Assembly (NCBI GenBank): GCA_965203295.1
Contig: CBDBCZ010000019.1
Coordinates: 2,528,001 to 2,592,000, forward strand
Length of the DNA stretch: 64,000 nt
Direction: 5' to 3'
Origin: Nitrospirales bacterium
GTDB taxonomy: Bacteria > Nitrospirota > Nitrospiria > Nitrospirales > UBA8639
Shown: piece by piece, positions 22,896-33,842 of the stretch
How positions within the stretch are numbered: the stretch's first letter is position 1
Layout: the number at the start of each line of letters is the position of its first letter
Program-made: the position numbers and the translations under genes
Notes under the pieces: model-generated
The model's database searches: none
Seen by the model: only the letters and a program-made list of their open reading frames with translations
What the model was told of the DNA's origin: nothing

Positions 22896-23752
22896 GGTTC
22901 TCGTGTTGGTTGCTGAACAAACAAGTTGTCAATTAACCGGACTTTCCCCAATCGAATGGCTCCAAGTAAGACCATCTTGCCCTTTGTTTGTACAAGAGGT
23001 TCCAAGGTGAATGCGTCACAGATAGTCAGATATTCAAGGATGACCTGACGGTCTTTCCTCATTCGCTTCTTCATGACCTCCTGAATTGCTGCTGCAGATC
23101 GCATACCTTTCCTGATGGCCTCTTTTCCGGCTTGAAGGGCCTCGTACAAAGAGACAGCTTTTTTTCGTTGGACAGAGCTCAGATACTGGTTCCGAGAACT
23201 ATAGGCTAATCCATCGGGTTCACGAACAGTTGGACACACGACGATCTTCACCTGCATATTTAAGTCCCGAACGAGTTGTTTCACAACAAGAGTTTGCTGG
23301 TAGTCCTTTTGGCCGAAGATCGCCAGGTCTGGGTCGACGAGGTGCAAAAGCTTCGTGACTGCGGTCGCCACGCCTTGAAAGTGGATTGGCCGCCGTTCCC
23401 CTTCCCAACACTTCGCCAGATGGCTCACGGTAAGAGAGGTTTCAAAACCTGGTGGGTAGAACTCTTGTAATGACGGGATAAACATGACGTCCACATCCTC
23501 ATGGCGGCAAAGCGCGATGTCTTCCTTCAAAGTCTGTGGATATCGCGTGTAGTCTTCTGTCGATCCAAATTGAAGCGGATTGACGAAGAGACTTACAACG
23601 ACGAGATCGCAGCTTTTGCGGGCTCGTTGGATAAGAGCATGATGTCCTGGATGGAAGGCTCCCATGGTGGGGACGAGACCAATGGTTCCCCACTGGCGAC
23701 TTCGGCCCCTTCTCCACTGTTGGATGCCTTGAATCGTCCTTATGATTCGCAT
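22883..23752 (-). CDS. panC: Pantoate--beta-alanine ligase
   Basis: VPTMGAFHPGH, FVNPLQF, FGQKDYQQ, RLIDN. Confidence 0.96.
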   Translation of the reverse strand: MRIIRTIQGIQQWRRGRSRQWGTIGLVPTMGAFHPGHHALIQRARKSCDLVVVSLFVNPLQFGSTEDYTRYPQTLKEDIALCRHEDVDVMFIPSLQEFYPPGFETSLTVSHLAKCWEGERRPIHFQGVATAVTKLLHLVDPDLAIFGQKDYQQTLVVKQLVRDLNMQVKIVVCPTVREPDGLAYSSRNQYLSSVQRKKAVSLYEALQAGKEAIRKGMRSAAAIQEVMKKRMRKDRQVILEYLTICDAFTLEPLVQTKGKMVLLGAIRLGKVRLIDNLFVQQPTREPCKP

Positions 23753-24307
23753 TTATGAAGAGGGCTTGGAACAAGACGGAGGACTTCCATACCGAGACCC
23801 TGGGATGATATCCAGTTTCTGCACATGACTGGAATCATCAACATGATCGAGCAGTTCTTTCACCGAACGGTTCAAAATCGGATGATGCCAATCAGGTACA
23901 ATTTCGGCAAGCGGTGCCAGAACAAACCGGCGGAGGTGAAGGCGTGGGTGAGGAATCGTCAGTCCAGGTTGGGTCATGACCTGTTGTCCGAAAAAAAGAA
24001 TATCGAAGTCCATGGTGCGTGGACCATTTCGTTGATTGAGATCTCGGCCAAGGCCTTTCTCGGTTTCTTGCAGAATTTCAAGAAGGCTATGGGGAGCGAT
24101 ATTCGTTTCGAGCCTTACGACCCCATTGAAGAACCACGTTGAGCCCAAGGTTCCCTCTGGATCGATCGGCTCTGTTTCGTAATACGAAGAAACGCCAGTG
24201 AGTTGTGAATGAGGCAGTAGACTCATAAGAGTCAGAGCTCGATCACAAAATTCCTGACGATCACCCAGGTTGGATCCAAAGCCAATAAAGACCGTTTCTA
24301 GAGACAA
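23753..24307 (-). CDS. folK: HPPK (dihydropterin pyrophosphokinase)
   Basis: GSNLGDR, GPRTMDFDIL, IPHPRLHLRRFVL. Confidence 0.95.
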   Translation of the reverse strand: MSLETVFIGFGSNLGDRQEFCDRALTLMSLLPHSQLTGVSSYYETEPIDPEGTLGSTWFFNGVVRLETNIAPHSLLEILQETEKGLGRDLNQRNGPRTMDFDILFFGQQVMTQPGLTIPHPRLHLRRFVLAPLAEIVPDWHHPILNRSVKELLDHVDDSSHVQKLDIIPGSRYGSPPSCSKPSS

Positions 24308-24415
24308 TTCTCTTTACCCGACTTTACTCCCCAATGGATAGGGAAATCGAAAAACAAACGGCCCCCTCACCGGAATATGAAGGGTGTCCTTATTCCGAGG
24401 ACTTGATTGACGAGC

Positions 24416-25591
24416 TTACCGCCCAGCTTTTTGTAGGCGTTCTACCGCTTCGGCTAGCCGTTCTTTTGAGGTCGTCACCGTCATCCGAATGTACCCTTCT
24501 CCAGGTTCGCCAAAACCGTTTCCTGGCGTCGTGACGATCCCCGTCTTTTCCAACACGTGCGCGGTGAATGAAGCCGACGTAAATCCTTTGGGCACCCCAA
24601 TCCAAACATAAAAGGCTGCAGTTGGTGTCTCTAACTCTAAGCCCAGTTTTTTGAGCCCAGGCACCAAAATATCTCTTCGCTCTTGATAAATATCACGAAG
24701 TCCCTTCGTGAGTTGATCGTCAGATTCTAGAGCAGTGATTCCTGCTTCTTGTACGGCCTGAAACACTCCCGAATCCAAGTTGCTTTTCACCTTGCCAAGA
24801 CCAGCAATGACTTCTTTTCTTCCTACAGCAAATCCGATTCTCCATCCAGTCATGTTAAAAGTTTTTGACAGCGAATGAAATTCTATGCCGACCTCCATAG
24901 CTCCCTCAGCTTCTAAGAAACTTGCTGGCTGCTTTCCATCGTAATAGATCTCCGAATAGGCAGCATCGTGACACACGATGATGTGATGCTCTTGGGAAAA
25001 AGACACCACCCTCTTAAAAAAGTCTTTGTCCGCAACAACCGAAGTGGGATTATTCGGAGAATTCAAAAACATGAGTTTGGCCTTTTGCGCAATATCCTTG
25101 GGAATTGCGTTGAAATCAGGGAGAAACCCATTTTGTTTCAGGAGAGGCATGAAATATGGTGTACCACCCGCAAAGGTTGTTCCGACTGGATACACAGGAT
25201 ATCCTGGGCTGGGCACGAGAACCACATCGCCGGGATCGATAAAGGCCAATGGCACATGTCCAATACCTTCTTTCGAACCGATGAGGGTCAGAACCTCTGA
25301 TTTGGGATCTACGGTGACTCCAAATCGCCGTTTGTACCACCCAGCCACGGCGGTTCTGAAAGTCAGCATGCCGTCATAGGATGGATATTGATGGTGTGTG
25401 GGATTTTCTGCGGCTTGCTTAAGACGTTCAATAATTGGAGTCGGGGTCGACAAATCGGGATCTCCAATCCCCAAGTTGATGATATTCACTCCCCGATCAA
25501 TAGCCTGCTGTTTCATTTCGTCGATAGCCGCAAAAAGGTATGGGGGTAGGGTACGGATTCGCTCTGCATAAGAAATGGGAAAACCAGACAT
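24416..25591 (-). CDS. dapL: LL-diaminopimelate aminotransferase
   Basis: LPPYLFA, LGIGDPD, LIGSKEG, HSLSKTFNMTGWR. Confidence 0.85.
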   Translation of the reverse strand: MSGFPISYAERIRTLPPYLFAAIDEMKQQAIDRGVNIINLGIGDPDLSTPTPIIERLKQAAENPTHHQYPSYDGMLTFRTAVAGWYKRRFGVTVDPKSEVLTLIGSKEGIGHVPLAFIDPGDVVLVPSPGYPVYPVGTTFAGGTPYFMPLLKQNGFLPDFNAIPKDIAQKAKLMFLNSPNNPTSVVADKDFFKRVVSFSQEHHIIVCHDAAYSEIYYDGKQPASFLEAEGAMEVGIEFHSLSKTFNMTGWRIGFAVGRKEVIAGLGKVKSNLDSGVFQAVQEAGITALESDDQLTKGLRDIYQERRDILVPGLKKLGLELETPTAAFYVWIGVPKGFTSASFTAHVLEKTGIVTTPGNGFGEPGEGYIRMTVTTSKERLAEAVERLQKAGR

Positions 25592-25741
25592 TCCTTTACA
25601 CTCCTTTCTTTTTATACAACGCAAATAACTGACAGAAATTTCGAAAGTTTTCACGTTACTTCATGGCATGGGGTGTAATCAAGAAAAGCAGAGTCAGAGC
25701 TCTTGGTTTTCAGTATTTTTCAGGTTGAATAGGCTGGAGTT

Positions 25742-26440
25742 TTAATGAGAAGTCAGATGGTCAATCAATCGATCGGCGAGATCATGAAGGGATGGCAGGA
25801 TTGTGACAGCTGATTCAATCAGTTGCTCGGTTGTGATATTTGCCTGGCGAAGATCGCCAAGACCTTCTTTGCAAAGGACTCTTATGCCGGCGAGATCTAA
25901 CTCAAGATGAAAAAGAAGTCCGTAAGCGGACGGGGTTAACCGAAAAGCTTGGGTTGGATACATGCTTGAAGAAGCCAGCGGGACGACTCCAGGGGGAAGC
26001 TCAATCCCCTCCCCGTGCCATTGGAATACTTCCATTGATGGCAGGAACATGCTGAACAACGTATCGGATTGTCCTTCTAAAGTGGTTGAGACCTGACAAA
26101 ATCCGATTTCCAGTTTCGGTCCTGGCACGACTCGTCCACCAAATGCCTTTGCGAGCAATTGTGATCCTAAACAAATTCCTACGGTAGGCACCCCCTGGGT
26201 TGCGACTTCTTGAATAAATTCCAGTTCTTCACCTACCCAGGGCTCGTGGTGATTGACGGACATAGGACCACCCATGATGAGAAGAAAATCCGGAACGTTC
26301 TTGGGAATTCCCTCGACGGGTACTAATCGAGTATAAAGGTTGTAGCGCCTTTTCGATAATGAAGATGCAAGAACGCGTGGTCCTTCGAAAGAAACATGCT
26401 GAAGACAAAGGGCAGACTTCACGGATGTTCCACCAGTCAA
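25742..26440 (-). CDS. Class I glutamine amidotransferase
   Basis: MGGPMSV, GICLGSQL, FQWHGE, FHLE. Confidence 0.88.
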   Translation of the reverse strand: MTGGTSVKSALCLQHVSFEGPRVLASSLSKRRYNLYTRLVPVEGIPKNVPDFLLIMGGPMSVNHHEPWVGEELEFIQEVATQGVPTVGICLGSQLLAKAFGGRVVPGPKLEIGFCQVSTTLEGQSDTLFSMFLPSMEVFQWHGEGIELPPGVVPLASSSMYPTQAFRLTPSAYGLLFHLELDLAGIRVLCKEGLGDLRQANITTEQLIESAVTILPSLHDLADRLIDHLTSH

Positions 26441-26498
26441 CTATCGAGGAAGTGTGGGTGACGAACGCTTGCAGGAGGCGCTGGTCGAATCCAAAAAA

Positions 26499-27188
26499 TC
26501 AGGAAAAGGTGTGACCGTTCTTCACGTTGACACACTCGACCAAGTGCCAATACCGGAATGGATTAACCTTTTCTTTTCTGGAGACCATGAGGGATGTGCC
26601 TTCTAGGATGGTATTGAGAGACAGGTCTGTTCGGAAGCCCATATGCATACACATGGGTGAAATCATTTTTTCCATAGCAGCGAGGAAAGGATTCCCATTC
26701 CTGAAATGGTTGAGCATAACGATCCGTCCGCCTGGTTTACACACTCGAATCATTTCTGAAATCACCGGACGATAGTCGGGAACCGCGGTGACCACATACG
26801 CGGCCATCACGATGTCAAACGAGTTTTCTTCGAACTCCATTTTTCCGGCATCCATACGTTGAACCGAGACGTGGTCCATTTGGTGCGTTTCAATTCTTTT
26901 TTGTGCTTTTTCTAGCATACCGAATGAAAGATCAATACCCACAACTTCACAATGCCGAGGATACAGGGGGAGAGAGATGCCAGTTCCCACACCGACCTCT
27001 AAGACTCGATCACTGGGGGCAACTTTCAAACTATGAATGGCAAACTCACGTGAAGAATGCATGAATTTTCCAAATGTTTGGTCGTACAGGCCAGCGTAGT
27101 TGGTATAGACACGCTCAATTTTCTCCAAATTCATCACGCTTCCGTTGGAATCATTCTTGTTCATTAGCTTGTTCACACGCATCCTCAT
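26499..27188 (-). CDS. pmtA: Phosphatidylethanolamine N-methyltransferase (PmtA-like)
   Basis: VLEVGVGTGISL, RVCKPGG..LNHF; start codon uncertain. Confidence 0.75.
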   Translation of the reverse strand: MRMRVNKLMNKNDSNGSVMNLEKIERVYTNYAGLYDQTFGKFMHSSREFAIHSLKVAPSDRVLEVGVGTGISLPLYPRHCEVVGIDLSFGMLEKAQKRIETHQMDHVSVQRMDAGKMEFEENSFDIVMAAYVVTAVPDYRPVISEMIRVCKPGGRIVMLNHFRNGNPFLAAMEKMISPMCMHMGFRTDLSLNTILEGTSLMVSRKEKVNPFRYWHLVECVNVKNGHTFS

Positions 27189-27528
27189 TTAGGTACACCG
27201 AAAAGAGGCTCACATGATGTGGTTATCACATTAGCAGCGGAAATCTGATTCTGCGAAGGGCTATTCAGAGGGCCCACCTGAGACAAAAAGCGCGGCTACT
27301 CTACCCAACTTAGAAAACTGAGTCAACTATTTTCATTGCCTCACCTGAAAGCTCCGATAGGTTTTGACAATGTGTCACTGTGTCGACAGGGAGATTGATC
27401 ATTGATAAAGGACCAGGGATTGCAAAGGGCAAGTTGGTCCCATACAATCTTTATCATGATGAGATTGTTTCCATCAGACCTAATGTTTCTGGCATATTTT
27501 CACCTAATGTCAAGCAGAGGAGGCGCAC

Positions 27529-28194
27529 ATGAGGGTGTTCACCAATAGCCGAAAGGGAAAGGTGAGGTGGGGACTCACTGTGATCTTCATAGGTTTTGCA
27601 ATGAGTGCAACCCAGGTGTTGGCCATCGATGTGAAAATGACGATGGAGGAGGCCCAACGAGCTCTGGCTACCGGTCGGGAGCCCATGGAAAAAGCCGAAA
27701 CGGTGGAAGATGTCGCCAAGGTCATTAAAGCTGCCGATAAGGCGGTTCGGATTGGTGCGAAACTTGAGGGAAATCCTTGTGGGACCAGTGCCATTCTAAA
27801 AACAAAAACGTATTGGTTGGAATATTTCGGCCGTCGTGAGGCTGCTGAATCGAAAAGACAGAAACGGGACGTGCGAATGCCTGAAAACAAGATTCATGAG
27901 ATTCTTGAGATGCCTTACCTGGAACTGGAAATCGGAATATGTGGTGATGAAGAATTTTTTGCTGAAGGCGTTCAAGTTGTGCTTCAGCAGGGACGGAGAA
28001 ATATTCAACCAGTTGATGTTGGCAAGCCCGGAAGGGGCAGGAAAATCCCCGGCCATGCTTCTTCCTTCACTTCACGATTTACAGCCCGGTTTGCCTATCT
28101 GGACATAGACCTTAAAGCCGATTCTGTGATCGCAATATTTTTCCCTGATGGAAAACTCATTAATCTTGAAGCCCAATTTTCAAAGATACAGTAG
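27529..28194 (+). CDS. Exported hypothetical protein
   Basis: GAGGAGG RBS; signal peptide ending VLA. Confidence 0.75.
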   Translation: MRVFTNSRKGKVRWGLTVIFIGFAMSATQVLAIDVKMTMEEAQRALATGREPMEKAETVEDVAKVIKAADKAVRIGAKLEGNPCGTSAILKTKTYWLEYFGRREAAESKRQKRDVRMPENKIHEILEMPYLELEIGICGDEEFFAEGVQVVLQQGRRNIQPVDVGKPGRGRKIPGHASSFTSRFTARFAYLDIDLKADSVIAIFFPDGKLINLEAQFSKIQ

Positions 28195-28315
28195 GTAAAT
28201 TGAAAAAACAGATGGGAGTTATCTTATCCGCTAAATCGAGCCCACATAACAAGCATTCCCCTCTCAATCACTGAGAGTCTAAAAAGTTGTTCAAGAGCCC
28301 AATGCCTTAATTACA

Positions 28316-30076
28316 TTATCCTTCGTCTGTCAAAGCATCCCTGACGGGCACCTCGAGCTCAGCGAGACGAAGCGTATAGAGGTGATGATAGAACCCACCG
28401 AGCCGCATGAGCTCGGGATGTGCTCCCTCTTCACAAATCGTGCCTTTGTTCAACACGAAAATTCGATTCGCCTGCTGGATGGTGGTTAACCGATGGGCGA
28501 TAACCACAGTGGTTCTTCCTGCCATCAGACGCCCGAGCGCTTGCTGAACCAGCATTTCTGACTCTGAATCAAGCGCTGAGGTGGCCTCATCAAGGATCAG
28601 CAGCCGGGGATTTTTCAAAATGGCACGGGCAATGGCGATCCGTTGGCGTTGGCCTCCAGAAAGATTGATGCCCTTTTCTCCTACCTGAGTCTGGTACCCG
28701 TCAGGCAAGGCCATGATAAAGTCATCTGCATTGGCTGCCTGACTTGCTGCCACAACCTCGTCATATGTCGCGGCATCTCGCCCGTAGCGGATATTTTCAA
28801 AAACCGTATCGCCGAACAGAATCGTTTCTTGGGGAACCAGCGCGATTTGTCTGTACAAACTATCGAGTTGAACCTCTCGTAAGTCATACCCGTCGATGGT
28901 CACGCTACCCTCGATTGGATCGTAAAACCGGTGAAGCAAATTCGCGACCGTCGTTTTTCCTGAGCCAGTGGGGCCGACTAACGCCACAAGTTCTCCTGGT
29001 TGAATGTCAAAAGAGACATCGGTCAAAACCAGGTGCCGTTGATCATAGGCAAACCCCACATGGGAAAAACGAACCTTTCCTTGAAGAGTTGGAAGAATCA
29101 ATGTCTGGGCATGGTCTGTCACCTCTGGATGAGTGTCCAAGAGTTCAAAAACACGCAGCAGGGCACCCTGAGTCTCCTTGAATTGTGAGAACAGCCGTGC
29201 CCCCGACCCGAAAGGACCAATCAAGATGCCTGCGAACAAGACAAATGCAAACAGATCCCCGGGCGACATGGTCTGATCGATAACCTGTTTCCCCCCATAC
29301 CATAGAACCATTCCAGCCATCACAAACGTCAACAAGGTCACGGTAGGAATAAAAAGGGCCAAAATGGCCTTTCGTTTGAGGGTCTTTGTGATGAGTTGGT
29401 GTAAGGCCACCCGAAATCGACTGTTCTCCTGTTCAGTTTGTACAAAAGACTTCACAACACGAATGCCAGATATCACTTCCTCTACGAGGGTTGTGAGCAA
29501 GGCAGTTTGATCTTGGATGGCTGTTGACAATGACTTTAATCGTCGACCAAACAACCTGGCGATCAGAATCAGGATAGGTAACAGCACGAGAATGAACAGG
29601 CACAGCTGCCAATTCATATACAGAAGAAAACCCACCCCTCCAATCAGAGTCACAAGGTGTTTTGCCGTGTCGATAGGGGTTTCGCTGACGATGGTTTGAA
29701 TCACTCCAATATCATTCATCAGACGTGAAAGGATATCTCCTGTACGGCGTTTGGCAAAAAAATTCAGTGACAGACGTTGCAGGTGAGCAAACACGTGGAT
29801 CCGAAAATCCGCCATGAGATGTTGTGAGACCCTGGCTGCTAAATAGTTCTGCCCCATAGAAATCAGGCTTTGGACCATCACAATGACGGAAAGAACGACA
29901 ATTGATTGGGTTAACAGTTCCAAATCCCGTTGAACGGTGATAATGTCGAATAGGCCTCCTGCCAAACGTATGAGAACCAGATTGAAGGCCGCAACGACCA
30001 TGACTAAAAAGGCAGAGAGGCCCATTTGAGGAACGTAGGGACGAAGAAATCGATAAAACCGAGAATATGGTGACAT
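28316..30076 (-). CDS. ABC exporter, fused TMD-NBD (MsbA-like)
   Basis: [27 protein letters not shown]; multiple TM helices. Confidence 0.92.
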   Translation of the reverse strand: MSPYSRFYRFLRPYVPQMGLSAFLVMVVAAFNLVLIRLAGGLFDIITVQRDLELLTQSIVVLSVIVMVQSLISMGQNYLAARVSQHLMADFRIHVFAHLQRLSLNFFAKRRTGDILSRLMNDIGVIQTIVSETPIDTAKHLVTLIGGVGFLLYMNWQLCLFILVLLPILILIARLFGRRLKSLSTAIQDQTALLTTLVEEVISGIRVVKSFVQTEQENSRFRVALHQLITKTLKRKAILALFIPTVTLLTFVMAGMVLWYGGKQVIDQTMSPGDLFAFVLFAGILIGPFGSGARLFSQFKETQGALLRVFELLDTHPEVTDHAQTLILPTLQGKVRFSHVGFAYDQRHLVLTDVSFDIQPGELVALVGPTGSGKTTVANLLHRFYDPIEGSVTIDGYDLREVQLDSLYRQIALVPQETILFGDTVFENIRYGRDAATYDEVVAASQAANADDFIMALPDGYQTQVGEKGINLSGGQRQRIAIARAILKNPRLLILDEATSALDSESEMLVQQALGRLMAGRTTVVIAHRLTTIQQANRIFVLNKGTICEEGAHPELMRLGGFYHHLYTLRLAELEVPVRDALTDEG

Positions 30077-30202
30077 TGACAATAGCAATGCGTTAGAGGG
30101 AAAGAATTTGAGGGTATGGAGAAAAGATAAAAGTCAAGAAGATCATCGAGGGCAAAGGGAGGACTACGGACAGGAAGGAATTAAAAAATCCGGTTATTCT
30201 AG

Positions 30203-30425
30203 TTATTCTAATTGTGTCACAGATTCGATCATGTTCTTGTTGAGTGCGACAAAATCTGCCTGTTCTTTCCCATCAATGCTGACATCGGTGAGGGTAATGA
30301 AAAACACGGTCTCATCATTGAAAGAGATCAGAAACTCGATTTCGCATGGAGGGAACAAAGAGCGTACCAACATAGGTACTCAGCGATGTCCGTATTCGGA
30401 TTCTTGTTCGTTTCCCCAGATGCAT
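30203..30425 (-). pseudogene. Small DUF6812-like protein with one +1 frameshift
   Basis: MHLGKRTRIRIRTSLSTYVGTLFVPSMRNRVSDL/FNDETVFFITLTDVSIDGKEQADFVALNKNMIESVTQLE*; extra T at 30321-30323 (span 223 bp = 3n+1). Confidence 0.65.
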
Positions 30426-30453
30426 GTACGCTCCGGGAATGAAGAGTCAGGAA

Positions 30454-30549
30454 TTAATTGCGACGCCGAGCAAACTTCATTCGTCTGCGAAGTTTTTTAT
30501 GCTTGTGCTTCCGCATTTTTTTTCTTCTTTTCTTGACAACACTGGACAT
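30454..30549 (-). CDS. AURKAIP1/COX24-domain small basic protein (30S ribosomal protein bS22-like), 31 aa; not in the ORF track
   Basis: MSSVVKKRRKKMRKHKHKKLRRRMKFARRRN*; GAGGA RBS; matches the bS22 pattern M.SV.KKRRK.M.K.KH.KL. Confidence 0.88.
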   Translation of the reverse strand: MSSVVKKRRKKMRKHKHKKLRRRMKFARRRN

Positions 30550-30776
30550 ACCAATTCCTCTTCACATGATCACTAAAAGGCGAACTTCTTAAGGATCACT
30601 TTAGTGCCTAGTAGGCTTTGCACCTCAAGGCAGGCAGAGCTCTAAGGAGAAAAGTCAACTTACAGAGGTTTCTCTGAGGTGTCAAGGAAACTGCTGGAAA
30701 ACATCCCGATCTATTGGTTATATTCAAAATGAAGACTATTTTCTTGACCGCAATCCTTATATTCTCGCTATAATCC

Positions 30777-31256
30777 TTGGCTATGCTTTCTCCTCATATT
30801 CTCCGATCTCTGCCATCCTTGCTGCTGGGTTTAGCACTTGGACTTTTGTGGGGATGCTCTTCGGACGCTCCGACTCACCCTGAAGCCCATGCCCGGCATG
30901 AAAGGATTGTCGATGCCGTGGAGAACTTACGAACCGCTTATGTTGAGAGGAATATTCAGGCAGTGAACGGTTTATTGCTGCCCTTGGGTGACCTTCAAGG
31001 CCTTAAAGAAGACATGCGAAATGATTTTGAAGTGTTTTCGGACATTTCGCTCGAGTTTTCTATTGTACGCATCAATATTAAAGGCGATCAGATCAATGTT
31101 TTTGTGCATTGGCAAGGAGATTGGAAAAAGACCCTCGATGATAGTAGAACGAATGTCCGAGGCCAGGGAATTCTCCAATGGAGTGGAACCCAAGTTATTT
31201 TGCTCTCAGGAATAGATGGGGACTTACCATTTGGAATGGCTTCTCGGCAGGCTTAG
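30777..31256 (+). CDS. Lipoprotein, possibly NTF2-like fold
   Basis: Lipobox LWGC. Confidence 0.75.
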   Translation: MAMLSPHILRSLPSLLLGLALGLLWGCSSDAPTHPEAHARHERIVDAVENLRTAYVERNIQAVNGLLLPLGDLQGLKEDMRNDFEVFSDISLEFSIVRINIKGDQINVFVHWQGDWKKTLDDSRTNVRGQGILQWSGTQVILLSGIDGDLPFGMASRQA

Positions 31257-31285
31257 ACTCTCGCAAAACAGATAAAGGTTCCTCC

Positions 31286-32920
31286 ATGACAGCAAAGAGC
31301 AGTCACATACGCCGACCCAACCAACAAGAAGCCGACTTTCTTGTGATCGGTAGTGGTGTCGCTGGATTGAGAGCCGCAATTGAGCTTGCCCAATTTGGCC
31401 GAGTGTATGTGGTTACCAAGGGACCCACCGCGGAAGGAAGCTCAATCTACGCTCAAGGGGGCGTGGCAGTGGCTTTACACGAAGAAGATGATGTCCGACT
31501 TCACTTTACGGATACCATGAGAGCTGGTCACCATCTTTGTCGCAAAGACGCAACAAGAGTGTTAGTAGAAGATGGTCTTGATCGAATTCAAGAACTGATT
31601 GCCTGGGGCGCAAAGTTTGACAAGATTGACGGGAAATTTGCATTCACCAAAGAAGGTGCCCATAGTCGGAGTCGAGTGTTGCGGGCATGTGGAGATTCCA
31701 CAGGCAATGAAATTGTCCAAGTCCTATTGGCCAAGGCTAGACTTGAAAAAAATATTGGTTGGTTAGACCATCACTTTAGCATTGATTTATTAATCAACGG
31801 TGGTCGATGTGGTGGAGTCGTGGCTCTTGATGAGGCTACTGGGCAATTCGTCATGCTTCGTGCCTCAGCCGTGTTATTGGCGACTGGAGGGGCGGGGCAA
31901 ATGTATGCCAGAACAACGAACCCTTCCAGTGCAACAGGGGATGGCATTGCCATGGCGTATCGAGCAGGCGCGGTGCTGGAAGACATGGAGTTTGTGCAAT
32001 TTCATCCGACTTCCTTATTTCTGCCCTCTTGTCCGCCCTTTCTTCTTTCGGAGACGATGCGGGGTGAAGGGGGACTATTACGAAACCAGAAGGGTGAATT
32101 ATTCATGTCCCGGTACCATCCATCCGCAGAATTAGCACCTCGAGATATTGTCGCTCGGGCGATTTGCTCTGAAATGGCAGCGACTCGTTCACGCCATGTG
32201 TACTTGGATGTGACGCATCTCGGTGGGAGGTTCATTAAGAAGCGATTTCCGAGGATCTATGCGACCTGCCTTCGTTTCGATATTGATATCACAGAGGAAT
32301 GGATCCCCGTTTCCCCTAGCGCTCATTATCTTATGGGCGGGATTAAAACCGATATTTTCGGAAGGACCACAATCCCGGAAGTGTATGCCGCAGGAGAAGT
32401 GGCTTGCAGCGGGGTGCACGGAGCTAATCGACTCGCGAGTAATGCCCTCTTGGAGGGTCTAGTGTTTGGTGCTCGAGCGGCTCAGTCAGTGATTCGGACA
32501 GGAATGCAGAAAGAGAGACGGACGTTCAAGACTGAAGAAAACTTCCCAATAGCGCGAGGGCGATTGCCCTTGGTCTTGGAGGATGCTGACAAACTCCGCA
32601 ACTCTCTTCGCCGCTTAATGTGGGGAAAAGTGGGTTTGGTTCGAACCGGAGAGTCGCTTGTGAGTGCGTTAGGGCAGCTGTCTCGCTGGGAAGATTTAGT
32701 CGAAGGCTCCCTGCAAACTCGGCCAGACCTTGAGATCAAGAATATTATGCAAGTCGGGAAATGCATTGCCGAGGCCGCCCTTTGGAGAGAGAACAGCCTG
32801 GGAGCACATTTCCGAGCTGACTTTCCTGACCGCAAAGGATCCCGATGGAAATCCCATAGTCAAGTCCAACGCCCACTCGATCAACCTTTTATGGAGAAAC
32901 CCGCGTTCCAGGTCGTTTAA
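31286..32920 (+). CDS. nadB: L-aspartate oxidase
   Basis: GSGVAGL, YAQGGVA, EFVQFHPT, ELAPRDIVAR, HGANRLASN. Confidence 0.95.
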   Translation: MTAKSSHIRRPNQQEADFLVIGSGVAGLRAAIELAQFGRVYVVTKGPTAEGSSIYAQGGVAVALHEEDDVRLHFTDTMRAGHHLCRKDATRVLVEDGLDRIQELIAWGAKFDKIDGKFAFTKEGAHSRSRVLRACGDSTGNEIVQVLLAKARLEKNIGWLDHHFSIDLLINGGRCGGVVALDEATGQFVMLRASAVLLATGGAGQMYARTTNPSSATGDGIAMAYRAGAVLEDMEFVQFHPTSLFLPSCPPFLLSETMRGEGGLLRNQKGELFMSRYHPSAELAPRDIVARAICSEMAATRSRHVYLDVTHLGGRFIKKRFPRIYATCLRFDIDITEEWIPVSPSAHYLMGGIKTDIFGRTTIPEVYAAGEVACSGVHGANRLASNALLEGLVFGARAAQSVIRTGMQKERRTFKTEENFPIARGRLPLVLEDADKLRNSLRRLMWGKVGLVRTGESLVSALGQLSRWEDLVEGSLQTRPDLEIKNIMQVGKCIAEAALWRENSLGAHFRADFPDRKGSRWKSHSQVQRPLDQPFMEKPAFQVV

Positions 32921-33825
32921 CGGTCGCCTGGTTCTGAATGAAGAGCCATTGGACCGCCCTCGAGCTTTTGACAATACCCCTGACGAAATTCCTGAAAAGC
33001 TAACCTGAGCTGGTTCGTGATAGGACCTGGACAAGGTGCCCTGAAACCATAGCTGTCTACTTCTCGAACCGGCAAAATCTCAAAGCCTGTGTTTGTCAGA
33101 AAGCATTCTTGCGCCCAGTGAAGAACTTCTGGCTTGTACTCGCCTTCCTCCCTGGGAATGCCCAGTTCCTGAGCCAATTTCAGGACAACTTCTCGCGTGA
33201 TCCCCCATAGAATTCCCGACGCTTTCGATGGTGTGCATAACTGTCCGGATTGAACAAAAAATATGTTGCTCGCCGAACATTCTGTCAAATAGCCATCATG
33301 GTTCAGCATGATCCCATCAAAGGCGTGAGCTTGCAGAGCCTCTTGTTTGGCTAGAATATTGTTGAGGAAATTCAATGATTTTATTTCTGTGGGAAGCGCA
33401 GAGGCTGGCGTACGCCGCACACTGACCTGAGCCAATCGAACGCCAGCATCCCATAGATCGGAGGGGTACGCTGGAGTAGGCCTGGGAAACACGACAATCG
33501 TCGGCTTTGAACAGAGGGATGAATCTGGACCAAGAGACCCCTCACCTCGAGAAATCGTGATACGGATCAGTCCATCCGTAAGATTGTTTCGGTGAAGAAG
33601 GTCTTCAAGAATGAGAGACCATCGCTCTCGTGGAATCGGCAAGGACAAATGTATCAGCTCACATGAGCGATAGAGGCGCGCAAGATGTTGGTCTAGTAAA
33701 AAGATGTGCCCGTGATAAACCCGCAAGGTTTCAAAAACCCCATCCCCATAGAGAAACCCGTGATCAAAGATGGATATACGAGCCTCATTCTCTTTGACAA
33801 CATGATCGTTACAAAATACCCACAT
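32917..33825 (-). CDS. Class IV aminotransferase (aminodeoxychorismate lyase / IlvE-like)
   Basis: DHGFLYGDGVFET, IKSLNFL, L.GITR; directly downstream of the pabB-like gene. Confidence 0.88.
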   Translation of the reverse strand: MWVFCNDHVVKENEARISIFDHGFLYGDGVFETLRVYHGHIFLLDQHLARLYRSCELIHLSLPIPRERWSLILEDLLHRNNLTDGLIRITISRGEGSLGPDSSLCSKPTIVVFPRPTPAYPSDLWDAGVRLAQVSVRRTPASALPTEIKSLNFLNNILAKQEALQAHAFDGIMLNHDGYLTECSASNIFFVQSGQLCTPSKASGILWGITREVVLKLAQELGIPREEGEYKPEVLHWAQECFLTNTGFEILPVREVDSYGFRAPCPGPITNQLRLAFQEFRQGYCQKLEGGPMALHSEPGDR

Positions 33826-33842
33826 GATTGAGGTGGCCTCTT

